A DNA stretch of 64,000 nucleotides from Candidatus Zhuqueibacterota bacterium (GTDB lineage Bacteria > Zhuqueibacterota > Zhuqueibacteria > Thermofontimicrobiales > Thermofontimicrobiaceae), in the NCBI GenBank assembly GCA_049322915.1, contig JBMOPW010000002.1:1-64000 (forward strand), in the 5' to 3' direction. The translations under genes and the position numbers were made by a program. The notes under the pieces were generated by a model. It was not told the origin of the DNA and made no database searches. It saw only the letters and a list, made by a program, of their open reading frames with translations. Numbering within the stretch: the stretch's first letter is position 1; every line of letters begins with the position of its first letter. This document shows positions 49,641 through 59,699 of the stretch, one piece after another.

Positions 49641-49946
49641 ACACCAGTTCCGTTCTATTTTTCAATGCAAAATACAAATTTACAACTGGCCGGCACGTCC
49701 TTCAGGCTGAGCAGGAATATGCGCGCTGACCAGGGACTGTCAGGTGCTAAAATACAAAATGTTGAGTTGGGAAGCAAATAGTATTTTCAGGAGTGATTCA
49801 TTTGACAGAAAATTTCATAGCAGGCATACATGGGAGGCATTGTCAAAATCTGCCACCATTGTCAGAGTCATTGCGCCACTCGAAAGAGGCATCTTTTCAA
49901 AAATGGAACGCGTGGCAATTGCTGGGTTCAATGGGAGAGCAAAAAG

Positions 49947-50375
49947 TCAGGATGACAGCGCGTTATTGACTTCGTCCAGCAATCGCTGGGCTGAGAATGG
50001 CTTTGTGATAGTTGCAAATGCGCCCAGATTCCTGGCGAGCGCCAGGTACTGATCCGCATCGATCTTCCCGCCGCCTGAAATGGCGATGATCTTTATATTT
50101 GGATCTGAACGTCGTATTTCCAGAATGACCTCGATTCCCTCCTTTGACGGCATGATGATGTCGGTGATAACCACATCAAACGGATATTCATGAAACTGAT
50201 TCAAACCGATGCGACCATCCGAGGCTTCATGCACGGTGTAGTCGGCCTTTTCCAGACACCTGCGGATAAAATTTCTGACTTGCTCATCGTCATCGATGAT
50301 GAGAATTCTTGGTGAGTCACCTTTTTCACTGCATGCCACGATTGTCCCCAATTCGGTAGTTACGACTCTCTCCAT
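49947..50375 (-). CDS. Single-domain response regulator
   Basis: ILIIDDD, VITDIIMP, AISGG, TKPF. Confidence 0.9.
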   Translation of the reverse strand: MERVVTTELGTIVACSEKGDSPRILIIDDDEQVRNFIRRCLEKADYTVHEASDGRIGLNQFHEYPFDVVITDIIMPSKEGIEVILEIRRSDPNIKIIAISGGGKIDADQYLALARNLGAFATITKPFSAQRLLDEVNNALSS

Positions 50376-50471
50376 TTGCACATCGCGTCTCAGGTATTTA
50401 TCGTCACTTTCCTGATAATATCCATCGAGGCTATTAAATTTGTCTTTCTTTAAAATAATTGAAAATAGTAC

Positions 50472-50539
50472 TTGACTTTAAAATGAAATATACGTATACT
50501 GTCACTGACGATAAACAAAAACTAAAACTGACAGTATAC
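50472..50539 (+). promoter_or_regulatory. Sigma70-type promoter with overlapping inverted-repeat operator
   Basis: TTGACT-N17-TATACT; GTATACTGTCA (50494-50504) and TGACAGTATAC (50529-50539). Confidence 0.6.
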
Positions 50540-50549
50540 TGGTAGGATT

Positions 50550-51266
50550 ATGAAAAAGGAAGTTTTTACTGAACGTGAGATACTGGACCACGCATCGATC
50601 CCGGCCGAGTTATTCCAGCAATTGGTCAAGAAAAATATTATCAAACCGCTGGGGACAACAAACGAAAATCTGCTTGTTTTCAGTTCTGAAGTGCTGATGC
50701 AGTTGAAGGAGATCAGCCTATTTCATTCCATGGGATATTCGATGGATGAAATTGAAAAGATACACAAAAAGGTGGGATTGCCTTCCACGAAAAAAACAAA
50801 AGGCGATTCGCCTAAAAAAATTCGTTATCTCACCGTGGGCGATCTGGCCAATCATGTGGACATCAATCCGCGCACCATCAAGTACTGGGAAGAGCGCGGA
50901 ATAATCGAGCCTGACACTCGTTCCGATGGCGGATTTCGACTTTACTCAGAGCACTGGATTTACCTGTGCAATCTCATCAAAGACCTGCAACTCTTCGGCT
51001 ACACTCTGGAGGATATCAAAGAGATTTCGGTTCTATTCCGGGATTTTTTGGCGATAGAAAATTCCAGTAGCACGTTCACACCGGAGGAGGTGCAGGCAAA
51101 GCTCACGGTCATGAAAGACAAGATTAAACTTTTTTATGCTAAAATGAATGATTTCAAAGAGGGCATTCAACGCTGGGAGGAGCTGTTGAAGAAGAAAGAA
51201 AAAGAGATTCGTCAAATGGAAAGCAAATTAAAGCAGACGAATAAACCTGATGAAAGTAAGGAGTAA
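50550..51266 (+). CDS. MerR-family regulator with two HTH modules
   Basis: LTVGDLA...INPRTIKYWEERGII.P..RSDGGFRLY; similar degenerate N-terminal module (MGYSMDEI versus FGYTLEDI). Confidence 0.85.
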   Translation: MKKEVFTEREILDHASIPAELFQQLVKKNIIKPLGTTNENLLVFSSEVLMQLKEISLFHSMGYSMDEIEKIHKKVGLPSTKKTKGDSPKKIRYLTVGDLANHVDINPRTIKYWEERGIIEPDTRSDGGFRLYSEHWIYLCNLIKDLQLFGYTLEDIKEISVLFRDFLAIENSSSTFTPEEVQAKLTVMKDKIKLFYAKMNDFKEGIQRWEELLKKKEKEIRQMESKLKQTNKPDESKE

Positions 51267-51270
51267 CAAC

Positions 51271-52815
51271 ATGAAGCCAATCCCAACAAAAAAAATGATA
51301 TTCATTGAGCCCAAATCGCCCAACTTGCACATTTTCTCGGTGTTCGTCATTCCCCGGTTGGGCACGTTGATTCTGGGCACTATTATGAAGCAGAAGGGGT
51401 GGGACGTGGAAGTTATCGTCGAAGAGAATGAAGAGATTGATTTCAACAGGATCGCCTCTGCGGATATTGTGGGCATTTCCACAATCACCTCCACAGCGCC
51501 CCGGGCTTACACCATCGCGGATCAGGTGCGGAAAATGGGCATCACCGTGATAATGGGCGGCCCTCATGTCACGTTCTTGCCGGATGAAGCCCTGGAGCAT
51601 GCGGATTTTGTCATTCGCAGCGAAGGTGAAAATGCGCTGCCGGCGTTTATTGAAGCCTGGGAAAATGGCAGGAATTATTCGACCATTCCCAATTTATCGT
51701 ATCTGCGCGATGGGAAGGTCATTCACAATCCCATCGAAAAACTCAATGACAATTTGGACAAGATTCCATACCCTGATTTTTCGCTCATTCGCACCGGCAT
51801 TCGAAAAACTTTCGGCTACCAGATCGTGCCCGTTCAAACATCGCGGGGCTGTCCGTTCGATTGCGAGTTCTGCTCCGTGACCGGTATGTTTGGCAGGAAA
51901 ATTCGCTATCGATCCACTGAAAATATCATCGAGGAACTTCGGCAGTACGATAACCCGAAAAACGTGATCTTTTTCTACGACGATAATTTCACGGCAAACC
52001 GACGACGGACGAAAGAATTACTGCATGCGATGATCGCTGAAAAATTCAGGTTCAATTGGTCCACTCAGGTGCGCGCCGATGTGGCCAAAGACCCGGAAAT
52101 CATCCAACTGATGCACAAGGCCGGCTGCACCACTGTTTTCATCGGATTCGAATCGGTTGACCCGGCCAGTCTGAAGGAGATGAAAAAAGAGCAATCCGTG
52201 GGCGAGATTAAAGCGGCGATTCAGGCATTTTATAAAAACAAGATTCACGTGCACGGCATGTTCGTATTCGGATTTGAAAGCGACACGCCATCAAAGATGA
52301 GAGAGACCATCGGTTTCGTGAATAAAAGCCATATCGGCACTGTTCAATTTCTCATTCTCACACCGCTGCCCGGTTCAGTCACGTTTCGGAAATTGAAAGA
52401 CCAGGGGCGAATAAAATTCTATGATTGGGGTTTATACGACGCCCATCATGCAGTGTTCGAGCCAAAACAAATGACCATTGATGAACTGCAAAAAGCCCAG
52501 ATTCGCGGACATCAGTCGTTCTATTCGCTGCGGCAGCTATTCAAACGAGCGATTCATTTTGAATGGAATGAATTGATCATTGGATTGTACGCGCGACGGT
52601 TGAACCGAAACTGGAAAAAGAAGAACCGAATCTGGCTCAAAGTGCTGAACCTGCTCCGGCCGAGTCATGATTTTAAAATTAATATCGACTTCCGGCAGGC
52701 TGTTCGATTACCGAGCAGGGTTCAGCAATTGACGAAAAGGAGTGCGCGACAGTTCAGTCCGAGGGAGGATTTGAATCCCCTGGGTCGCCAAAACGGGCTG
52801 TCCCTGGAGCAATAA
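51271..52815 (+). CDS. B12-binding radical SAM protein
   Basis: GGPHVT..PDEAL; QTSRGCPFDCEFC; FYDDNF; IGFES; LTPLPGS. Confidence 0.92.
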   Translation: MKPIPTKKMIFIEPKSPNLHIFSVFVIPRLGTLILGTIMKQKGWDVEVIVEENEEIDFNRIASADIVGISTITSTAPRAYTIADQVRKMGITVIMGGPHVTFLPDEALEHADFVIRSEGENALPAFIEAWENGRNYSTIPNLSYLRDGKVIHNPIEKLNDNLDKIPYPDFSLIRTGIRKTFGYQIVPVQTSRGCPFDCEFCSVTGMFGRKIRYRSTENIIEELRQYDNPKNVIFFYDDNFTANRRRTKELLHAMIAEKFRFNWSTQVRADVAKDPEIIQLMHKAGCTTVFIGFESVDPASLKEMKKEQSVGEIKAAIQAFYKNKIHVHGMFVFGFESDTPSKMRETIGFVNKSHIGTVQFLILTPLPGSVTFRKLKDQGRIKFYDWGLYDAHHAVFEPKQMTIDELQKAQIRGHQSFYSLRQLFKRAIHFEWNELIIGLYARRLNRNWKKKNRIWLKVLNLLRPSHDFKINIDFRQAVRLPSRVQQLTKRSARQFSPREDLNPLGRQNGLSLEQ

Positions 52816-52891
52816 CGCCGCACTGCGGTGAATCGATGATCTGTCAGCCACTTTCTTCAGCTCAGCATGATTTTACCTGACTGTTCGCGCT

Positions 52892-53692
52892 TCAATCTTC
52901 GGTGTAATTTTTTCGGTAGTAGGTCCGAATGATCTTTCTTGCCACGGTGACATACAGGGGCAGGGGAATGAGCTTCACCAGGCGATACAATACCTTCATT
53001 GGGAAAGGATAGATGAGCAATTTTTTCCGATCCGCCACTGCAGCAATCATTATCCGGGCGGCCTTTTCAGCAGGCATCACCCATAGCGGTTTCATATTCT
53101 TGCTGATAATGGGCGTTTCCACGTAGCCCGGGTGAATCATGGTGAATTGAATCATGGGCAATTCCGCAGCCAGGCTTTCGATGAAATAGTGCAGGCCGAT
53201 CTTGGTGAGGCTGTAAATACCGCGGGTCGGCAGGCCTCGCATACTTGCAGCGGAACCAATGGCGATCACCGTCCCTCTCCCTTGCGGCACCATCGCCTCC
53301 AGGCAGGCGCGCGTGGTGTAAATGGCGCCTTTGAGATTGGTGTCGATGGTTGCCTCCACATCTTCCCAATTCCATTTCTCGAAAGACGAATTAGAACCAA
53401 TGCCGCTGTTCACCCACACAGCATCGATGGAGCCGGCGACCGAGTGAAATTCCTGAATCGCTGCGTACACCTGCTCCCGCACCTGCACATCGCAGCGTTT
53501 CACCCAGAAGGTGCTGCCGCTTGATTTGAGCGAGTTCGCCAGTTCCAGCATGGGCTCCTCGCGACGGCTCAGCAGACAAAAACGAATCGTGAACGGCGCC
53601 AGGGCTTCCACCACTGCTTTGCCCAGGCCGGAGGAAGCGCCGGTGACAACGACGGATTTCCCGGTCCAGTATGTGGCTATTTTTTTAGTCAT
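52892..53692 (-). CDS. Short-chain dehydrogenase/reductase
   Basis: TGASSGLG, NSG, YSLTK, HPGYVET. Confidence 0.92.
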   Translation of the reverse strand: MTKKIATYWTGKSVVVTGASSGLGKAVVEALAPFTIRFCLLSRREEPMLELANSLKSSGSTFWVKRCDVQVREQVYAAIQEFHSVAGSIDAVWVNSGIGSNSSFEKWNWEDVEATIDTNLKGAIYTTRACLEAMVPQGRGTVIAIGSAASMRGLPTRGIYSLTKIGLHYFIESLAAELPMIQFTMIHPGYVETPIISKNMKPLWVMPAEKAARIMIAAVADRKKLLIYPFPMKVLYRLVKLIPLPLYVTVARKIIRTYYRKNYTED

Positions 53693-53789
53693 CAATCAAC
53701 TTCTCCGTTATAAAAAATTGATCGTTCGGGTGGATTTTCAGAAAATGAAGCAGACGTCCTGATCGGTTCGGAGCATGACGCGCCGATGG

Positions 53790-54581
53790 TCAATCGCAAA
53801 TTATCGTGCCCTGAATATGCTCTCCCAGAATGGTTCTGGCAATGACCCCGGCGTCGGATCTGCCGGACAAAATGATGGCGGTTGTCAATGAGCTTTCTGT
53901 TACCAGTTGGATCATTTGCCCGACTTTGGATTTCATGCCGCCAGTGACATCCGCGCCGGCAGAGCCGCCCAGATGTGCGATGATCTGAGTATAACTTTTA
54001 TGATCGATCCGCGGAATCACCTGGCCGGCGCTATCCAGAACTCCCGGCACATCGCTGATGAGGACGATGCGCCGGAACGACATGTACTCATTCAACTGCG
54101 CAATCTGATCTTCGGTGGAAGCGATGGTGAATCCCTGACTTTCGTCCACGATGATGTCGCCGTGGATCAATGGTATCTGGTCGGCGTCCAGCAGCAGCCG
54201 AATTATTCGGGTATCGATGAAGTTCAATTTGCCGGCTCGCGCTGTGGCGATTGCCGATGGCTGCACCGTGATCGGGAATAATCCCTCGTCCCTGAAAATT
54301 TGCAGTAACCTCAGATTCATGCGAATCATGCTCTCGCGGATCTCATAAAACGCCGCCCAGCGCCACTGCGGGTGTCGACCCTTTTTCGCGCTGTATTTCT
54401 CCGCGGCCATGTGCCCGTAACTGCCGGCGCCGTGGCTGAGAATCAGACTGATTTGCTGCGACTGCCACGCGCTGAGAATTTCGCGCGCTACCGTGCGAAC
54501 ATTTTCTTCATTCAGGCTCTCCGGTTTGTTTTTATCCGTGATAAAAGATCCACCGATTTTAACAATGACTTTTGTTTTCAA
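53790..54581 (-). CDS. Isopentenyl phosphate kinase (amino-acid-kinase family)
   Basis: KIGGSFITDK, HGAGSYGH (IPK-type His), P.IHGD, DVTGGM.SK; TTG start overlapping the upstream gene. Confidence 0.85.
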   Translation of the reverse strand: MKTKVIVKIGGSFITDKNKPESLNEENVRTVAREILSAWQSQQISLILSHGAGSYGHMAAEKYSAKKGRHPQWRWAAFYEIRESMIRMNLRLLQIFRDEGLFPITVQPSAIATARAGKLNFIDTRIIRLLLDADQIPLIHGDIIVDESQGFTIASTEDQIAQLNEYMSFRRIVLISDVPGVLDSAGQVIPRIDHKSYTQIIAHLGGSAGADVTGGMKSKVGQMIQLVTESSLTTAIILSGRSDAGVIARTILGEHIQGTIICD

Positions 54582-54960
54582 TGGTAATTACATCTCCTGA
54601 AATTTTAATGAAATCGCCGGTCTGCATGCGTTCAATCGGAACCGAATCGATGGTGGGAATTTCACTGATGATGGCGCCCACGGCGACGATGGTTTCGCAC
54701 TCGGAAAGAATCATTGCTGCCGGTGCGACGTTCATTTTTTTCAAAGAATAAAGGATGTACGAACCCACTGTGCTGCCTTTGGCAGTGGGGAAGATGAGCA
54801 CTTTGCCTGCCAGTGTTTGCCCGAACAGTGGATGTCCCGGCTCTTTGACAATGCCTGTTTTCGGATCCACAGCGCCAAAGAAGCTGATGGGCTGATCCGA
54901 TTTCAGCGCCTCGCCTTCGGCAGTGCCGTGATAAATGATCCGTCCGGTTAGTTTTTCCAT
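54559..54960 (-). CDS. Aconitase X swivel subunit (DUF126; phosphomevalonate dehydratase small subunit-like)
   Basis: ISFFGAVDPKTG, HPL.GQ...GKVL.FP..KGSTVGSY. Confidence 0.9.
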   Translation of the reverse strand: MEKLTGRIIYHGTAEGEALKSDQPISFFGAVDPKTGIVKEPGHPLFGQTLAGKVLIFPTAKGSTVGSYILYSLKKMNVAPAAMILSECETIVAVGAIISEIPTIDSVPIERMQTGDFIKISGDVITIENKSHC

Positions 54961-56174
54961 TGTCCCTCCACAGCGGATTCGATGCACTGCTCAGTTGTCC
55001 CAAAATGGGTGATGATTCCCTGATGCGACGGCAGATAGGTTGCGGCTTTGGCTGAATTCGTCCCGATGAATCGAATGCCCATTTCGGCCAGCGGCGCAAC
55101 GACCATGCAGGTATCGGCGAGAATCCGGCCGCCAGCCTGTTCGATTTGCGAGGCCAGTCCCTGACTTCGCGCCTGTCCCCGCACGATGGAGGAAGTAGCG
55201 ATCCACAGCGGCGTTCTCAATGTGCGTTCTGCCACGCGCCGGGCAATACTGGCGATTTCATCCAGCGATGCATGGGGGCAGCCCAGCGTCACCAGATCGA
55301 GTTCGTTGCCTTCGCGTGACAGAGCGTTACGCGCCTCATCGAGCGAATGAATTGAGATGTCCTGCGCAGTTTCGCGGATGATTCGTTCGCCGTATGATCG
55401 CGCCTCCGGCGTTTCATTTTCGATGTGAAACAGAGCAACAGCGCCGCTGGCGGCCATTGCCGCGCCGAGCGACTTCAGGCAGGTGGTCTGTTCCGAGTCG
55501 TCGGCTGGAAGAGGCAGCCCCTGAAAGAACGGGATGCCGCCGCCGATTTTTTTCCCTATGATGTACCCCAACAGGCCAAAATCAGCGCTCGTTTTTACAG
55601 GACAATGAATCTGCACGCGGGCTGTGGCCAGCCTGTTTTTATGAAGATGAAGGCCGAAGCGCGGTGTGCGACCGCAAAATGCCGATGCCAGCGCTGAGGG
55701 TCCGCCTTCGCGGTTGGTTCGCGCGCCCAGAACCGAATTGGCATAACTCACAGCGGACGATTCGCTCCAGGCAATGTGTTCGCCCGTCTTTGGCCCCAAT
55801 CCGATATGATAGGGAGTGCATGTGAGCGTCGCGCGAATGCCAACCCGCTTGAGCTGATGGATTATCTCCATCTGCCTGGCCGCGAACTCCGCCGGGAAAC
55901 CCAACTGCTGCCACAGCATCCGGTCGATTCCGGCCGGATTCATGAACGCAGGCACATGGGCATAGACGCCCATATCCGCCCAGTCCCTGAGAAATTCGAG
56001 ACCGGGTTCGCCGATATTTTTGTAACTGATGCCGGAAATTTGCGCGGACTGAATTGGCGTCATGTCCTCAGCGCCATAAATACGTCCCAGCGCGACCAAA
56101 ATTTCCATGGCGCGTTTTACACCTCGTCCGTGCCGGCCATCGAGAAGAGCATATTCTGTTTCAGTCAATTTCAT
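54948..56174 (-). CDS. Aconitase X catalytic subunit (DUF521; phosphomevalonate dehydratase large subunit-like)
   Basis: GISYKNIG, TCTPY, AWSESSAV.YANSVLGARTNREGG, LGCPH, DTCMVVAP. Confidence 0.92.
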   Translation of the reverse strand: MKLTETEYALLDGRHGRGVKRAMEILVALGRIYGAEDMTPIQSAQISGISYKNIGEPGLEFLRDWADMGVYAHVPAFMNPAGIDRMLWQQLGFPAEFAARQMEIIHQLKRVGIRATLTCTPYHIGLGPKTGEHIAWSESSAVSYANSVLGARTNREGGPSALASAFCGRTPRFGLHLHKNRLATARVQIHCPVKTSADFGLLGYIIGKKIGGGIPFFQGLPLPADDSEQTTCLKSLGAAMAASGAVALFHIENETPEARSYGERIIRETAQDISIHSLDEARNALSREGNELDLVTLGCPHASLDEIASIARRVAERTLRTPLWIATSSIVRGQARSQGLASQIEQAGGRILADTCMVVAPLAEMGIRFIGTNSAKAATYLPSHQGIITHFGTTEQCIESAVEGQWKN

Positions 56175-56312
56175 AATCATTCAGGGTTGTACCTGCCGCT
56201 GCTGCAAAGAGTCGGTTGAATTAGAACCGCGTCTCAGCAGGCGAATGGATTCATGCTGAATCAATCATTTTGTCTGCCAAAATGTGAAAGAAGCGAAACG
56301 CTCACTTGTGAT

Positions 56313-57155
56313 TCATCTTTTAAAAATTCCCAATTCCCGCTCCATGGCCAGGTTTTTATCCAGAGCAACCTGCGCCTGTTCGATCAACTGTTTATCAATC
56401 CCAAAAATGTCGGCAATGACGTCGTGGTAATTGCGCGCAATGTTGTGATTTTTTTTTGAAGTGAACGTCGTTTCCCGCATGAAGTTTTTATGGATATAAA
56501 TATAGCCATCTTTTTGAATTCTGGTCAGGCAAATGCCGTGCATGGAGGGTCTGGTGAATGAGGCCTGCCAGTGCCCTAAAAATTCATCCGGCGGACAAAT
56601 CCTGTCGGCAAAGTTGTAGCGCCAGGTCAGGTTTTCTTTATTGAACGTAAACAATTGGTATTTTTGAAGCGTCAGATTGAACTGCAATTCGACGCCGGCA
56701 TGGGGCGTCCGAAAGATGCGCGGTTTTGCCGGATCAATCTCCATGGGGACGTTCAACAGATATCCGGGATCGACGAGGTATTTTCGCTGATCCAGCGTGA
56801 CGATCATCGCGCAATGAATATTGTCGCCGGCTTTCATGTCTGCCATCACCGGATAGCAGGAGTAGCCGTGGAACAGCAGGACTGTCTCCAGAAAAAAAGT
56901 GAGCGAAAAGCATGTGCCGCCCAGAGAGAAATGGGCGTGATCGTCCATCACTTCAAGCGGCAGGCGTATCTTTTCATCGGATTCCCATGTCCGGCTCAGC
57001 TTAATAATTTTGCTGATATTTTCATAGGGCAGGGTGGAAAATTTTTCCAGAATCGCTTGCAGCGAGAGCATATCCGGCTTCGTCACATTCAATTTGAAAA
57101 AATCATTGAAATATCGAACGCTGTCGCCGTGATTTTCCGGGAGAAGATACACCAT
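56313..57155 (-). CDS. Arylamine N-acetyltransferase family protein
   Basis: LPYENISK, GGTCF (Cys), IHCA (His), LVDPG (Asp); start uncertain (57155 or 57212). Confidence 0.85.
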   Translation of the reverse strand: MVYLLPENHGDSVRYFNDFFKLNVTKPDMLSLQAILEKFSTLPYENISKIIKLSRTWESDEKIRLPLEVMDDHAHFSLGGTCFSLTFFLETVLLFHGYSCYPVMADMKAGDNIHCAMIVTLDQRKYLVDPGYLLNVPMEIDPAKPRIFRTPHAGVELQFNLTLQKYQLFTFNKENLTWRYNFADRICPPDEFLGHWQASFTRPSMHGICLTRIQKDGYIYIHKNFMRETTFTSKKNHNIARNYHDVIADIFGIDKQLIEQAQVALDKNLAMERELGIFKR

Positions 57156-57366
57156 ATTTCTTTTTCCGAATATTCGTTCCTTTGGTTGAATCGCTTTATT
57201 TGGCCGGGGCAAAGCCCTTGTTACATTTTGTTGTGGAGGTCGCCTTCATGTTCGGCTTTCTGAATAGACCAATGTCCGCAGGACTGCCTTTTAACAGGCA
57301 AAAAATCTGGCGTCACTTTGATCTGAAAAGCGCCAAACATAGTGCGCGAAGGCCGGATGGTTGTCT

Positions 57367-58419
57367 CTAATCGAGCACGAACAAATGAGCCGGATGATCT
57401 GTCACCACCTCTCCGATCACAGCCGCTGTTTCCACGCCGCGCTGTTTCAACAGGGAGACCAGCGCATCGACTTTGTCCTCTGCCACAGAAATGAGTAATC
57501 CGCCGGAGGTTTGAGCATCGAACAGAGCGGTGGAGAGCGCCCAGGAGATGGAGTCGCTCAACGTCACCTTGTCCTCGAGAAAGTAGCGATTGTTATTGGT
57601 ACCGCCGGGCACGTATCCTTCGTTGATGAGAGCCAGGGTACGCTCGAAAATCGGCGCATTGCAGGCCCAGATATTGATGCCAACCTGACTGCCGGCAGCC
57701 ATTTCGTAGGTATGTCCCAACAGACCAAATCCGGTGATGTCGGTGCAGGCGTTGACCCCAATTTCCTGCATCGCCTCGGCAGCATTTTTGTTGAGCGTCG
57801 CCATGACCGCATTAACCCGCTCACTCAACTCTCCCAGATCGAGGCCTGCTTTGATAGCCGTTGAAAGAATGCCGCTGCCCAATGGTTTGGTCAACACGAG
57901 CTTATCGCCCGGCCTGGCAGCAGCATTGGTGACCACCTTGTCGGGGTGAATGATGCCGGTCACCGCAAGCCCATATTTCAGCTCTTCGTCCATAATGGTG
58001 TGGCCGCCGGCAATGACCGCGCCGGCCTCGGCCACTTTATCCGCGCCACCTTTGAGAATTTCCACCAGAACGTCCAGCGAAAAATGCTTCTGATGAAAAC
58101 CAACAACGTTGAGCGCGGTCAGCGGTCGCCCGCCCATGGCGTAGACGTCGCTGAGGGAATTTGCCGCTGAAATCTGGCCGTAAGTATAGGGATCATCCAC
58201 AATAGGAGTGAAAAAATCCACCGTCAGAATGAGCGCCATATCATCGGAGATTTTGTAGACGCCGGCGTCATCCGCAGTGTTAATGCCCACAATCAGGTTC
58301 GGGTCAGTTGGCAATGGCAGTTGTTTTAATACTGAGCCTAACTCCGTCAGGCTTAATTTCGACGCTCAGCCAGCGCATTTCACAGTTTCAGTCAGTCTTT
58401 TTTTCATGGGTTCGGACAT
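57367..58419 (-). CDS. selD: Selenide, water dikinase; selenoprotein (UGA at codon 18)
   Basis: Upstream in-frame extension MSEPMKKRLTETVKCAG-U-ASKLSL joins DDAGVY, TVDFFTP, AANSLSDVYAMGG, GGHT, TDITGFGLLGH, DAQTSGGLL. Confidence 0.95.
58335..58353 (-). promoter_or_regulatory. SECIS-like hairpin in selD
   Basis: AGCCTGAC-GGA-GTTAGGCT starting 12 nt after the UGA. Confidence 0.7.
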
Positions 58420-58590
58420 GAATTTCTCCGCGACAAAATAGAGTTCAGCGTTATTGGTATTTGGTAGCTCTTATTTTAAAAATCGAAAACAGGTAACAAG
58501 ATACACGTTCCGAAAAGATAATGCAACAATTTTTTCATACGAGGGACAGCGCCGCCAGCAATGGCAGGCGCTACGATATAATATCATGAA

Positions 58591-58698
58591 TTAACCCTAT
58601 TACGTCATTTAGCAAGTTCTGCACAATATATTGTATGTTATGTTGTCAGGAATTACGCTATATTGTGCTAATAATTCTAAGTGACGTTGTAGGATTAA
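58591..58698. mobile_element. TTAA-bounded ~100 bp MITE
   Basis: TTAACCCTATTACGTCA...TGACGTTGTAGGATTAA; the right TTAA contains the stop codon of the TauE gene. Confidence 0.85.
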
Positions 58699-59447
58699 AA
58701 GACATTCAATAATTTCAGAACACTGATGAAGATGGCGATGAGCAGCGCGCCGCGAACAACGCCCTCGCCCTTTTTCACCGAGACTTTTGCCGCCCACCAG
58801 GCGCCCAGCGCATTGCCTGCAGAAAGTACGATTCCGTACATCCAATGAATATTGTGTGTCGCCATAAAAATAAACAGCGCAGGAAGAGTGAAGAAAAAGA
58901 CGATGAACACTTTGTGCATATTCACATGAACCAGGCCGAGCTTGAGGATGTGCACGAGCGCCGCCATGATGATAAATCCCACACCAACCTGCAAAAAGCC
59001 GCCGTAAAACCCGATGCCGAACAAGGCCGGGTACAGGAGCCAGGGATGATCTGTGAGATGTTCTGCACTGACATTGGTCTTTTGTCGGGGTGGAAAGATG
59101 ATTGTCACCATGATTCCGACCATGACGATGGCGAGGAGTTTCTGGAACAATTCATTGCTGATGTTGACGGCCAGGAGTGCGCCAAGGATAGCTCCGGGCA
59201 GCGTCCAGATGGCTAACTTCAGACTGAGCCGAAACTGAAACACTTTTTCCTGCTTGAAAGAAAGGATAGCAGCGACATTCTGGATGAAGACAGCAATGCG
59301 ATTGGTGCCGTTGGCCATGGCGCTATCCAATCCCATGAAGATGAGCATGGGCAGGGTGAGCGTCGAGCCGCCGCCGGCCATGACGTTCAGGAATCCGGCG
59401 ATGGCGCCAACACCGAACAAAAGGAAAATGTAGAAAAACTGGGGCAT
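58695..59447 (-). CDS. TauE/SafE-family (TSUP) transporter
   Basis: AGFLNVMAGGGSTLTLP, ANGTNR, GFYGGFLQVGVGF. Confidence 0.9.
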   Translation of the reverse strand: MPQFFYIFLLFGVGAIAGFLNVMAGGGSTLTLPMLIFMGLDSAMANGTNRIAVFIQNVAAILSFKQEKVFQFRLSLKLAIWTLPGAILGALLAVNISNELFQKLLAIVMVGIMVTIIFPPRQKTNVSAEHLTDHPWLLYPALFGIGFYGGFLQVGVGFIIMAALVHILKLGLVHVNMHKVFIVFFFTLPALFIFMATHNIHWMYGIVLSAGNALGAWWAAKVSVKKGEGVVRGALLIAIFISVLKLLNVF

Positions 59448-59699
59448 ACGCTGAAATGGCCTATTTTTCTTATTAAAGACTCGCTGATTTTGGATGGGAA
59501 ATATATGCAAAAAAAGATACAATTGAAAGTATTATTTCTACATTTGGCTGATGTGTAATGAAGCTTCGAGAATTACGACAGAGGACAGCTATAAATTTCT
59601 TCTTGATTTATATGTCCCGGTAAGTTATATTTAATAAAATTCAAAAAAAGCTATATCTATTTCGCTACGTATTTTTAAAACAGAATAAAAGGTGCAAGA

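Noticed and set aside
57367..58314. selD as a 315-aa protein or pseudogene
   Set aside because: The upstream frame, RBS-like GGAG, catalytic motif and SECIS-like hairpin support UGA recoding
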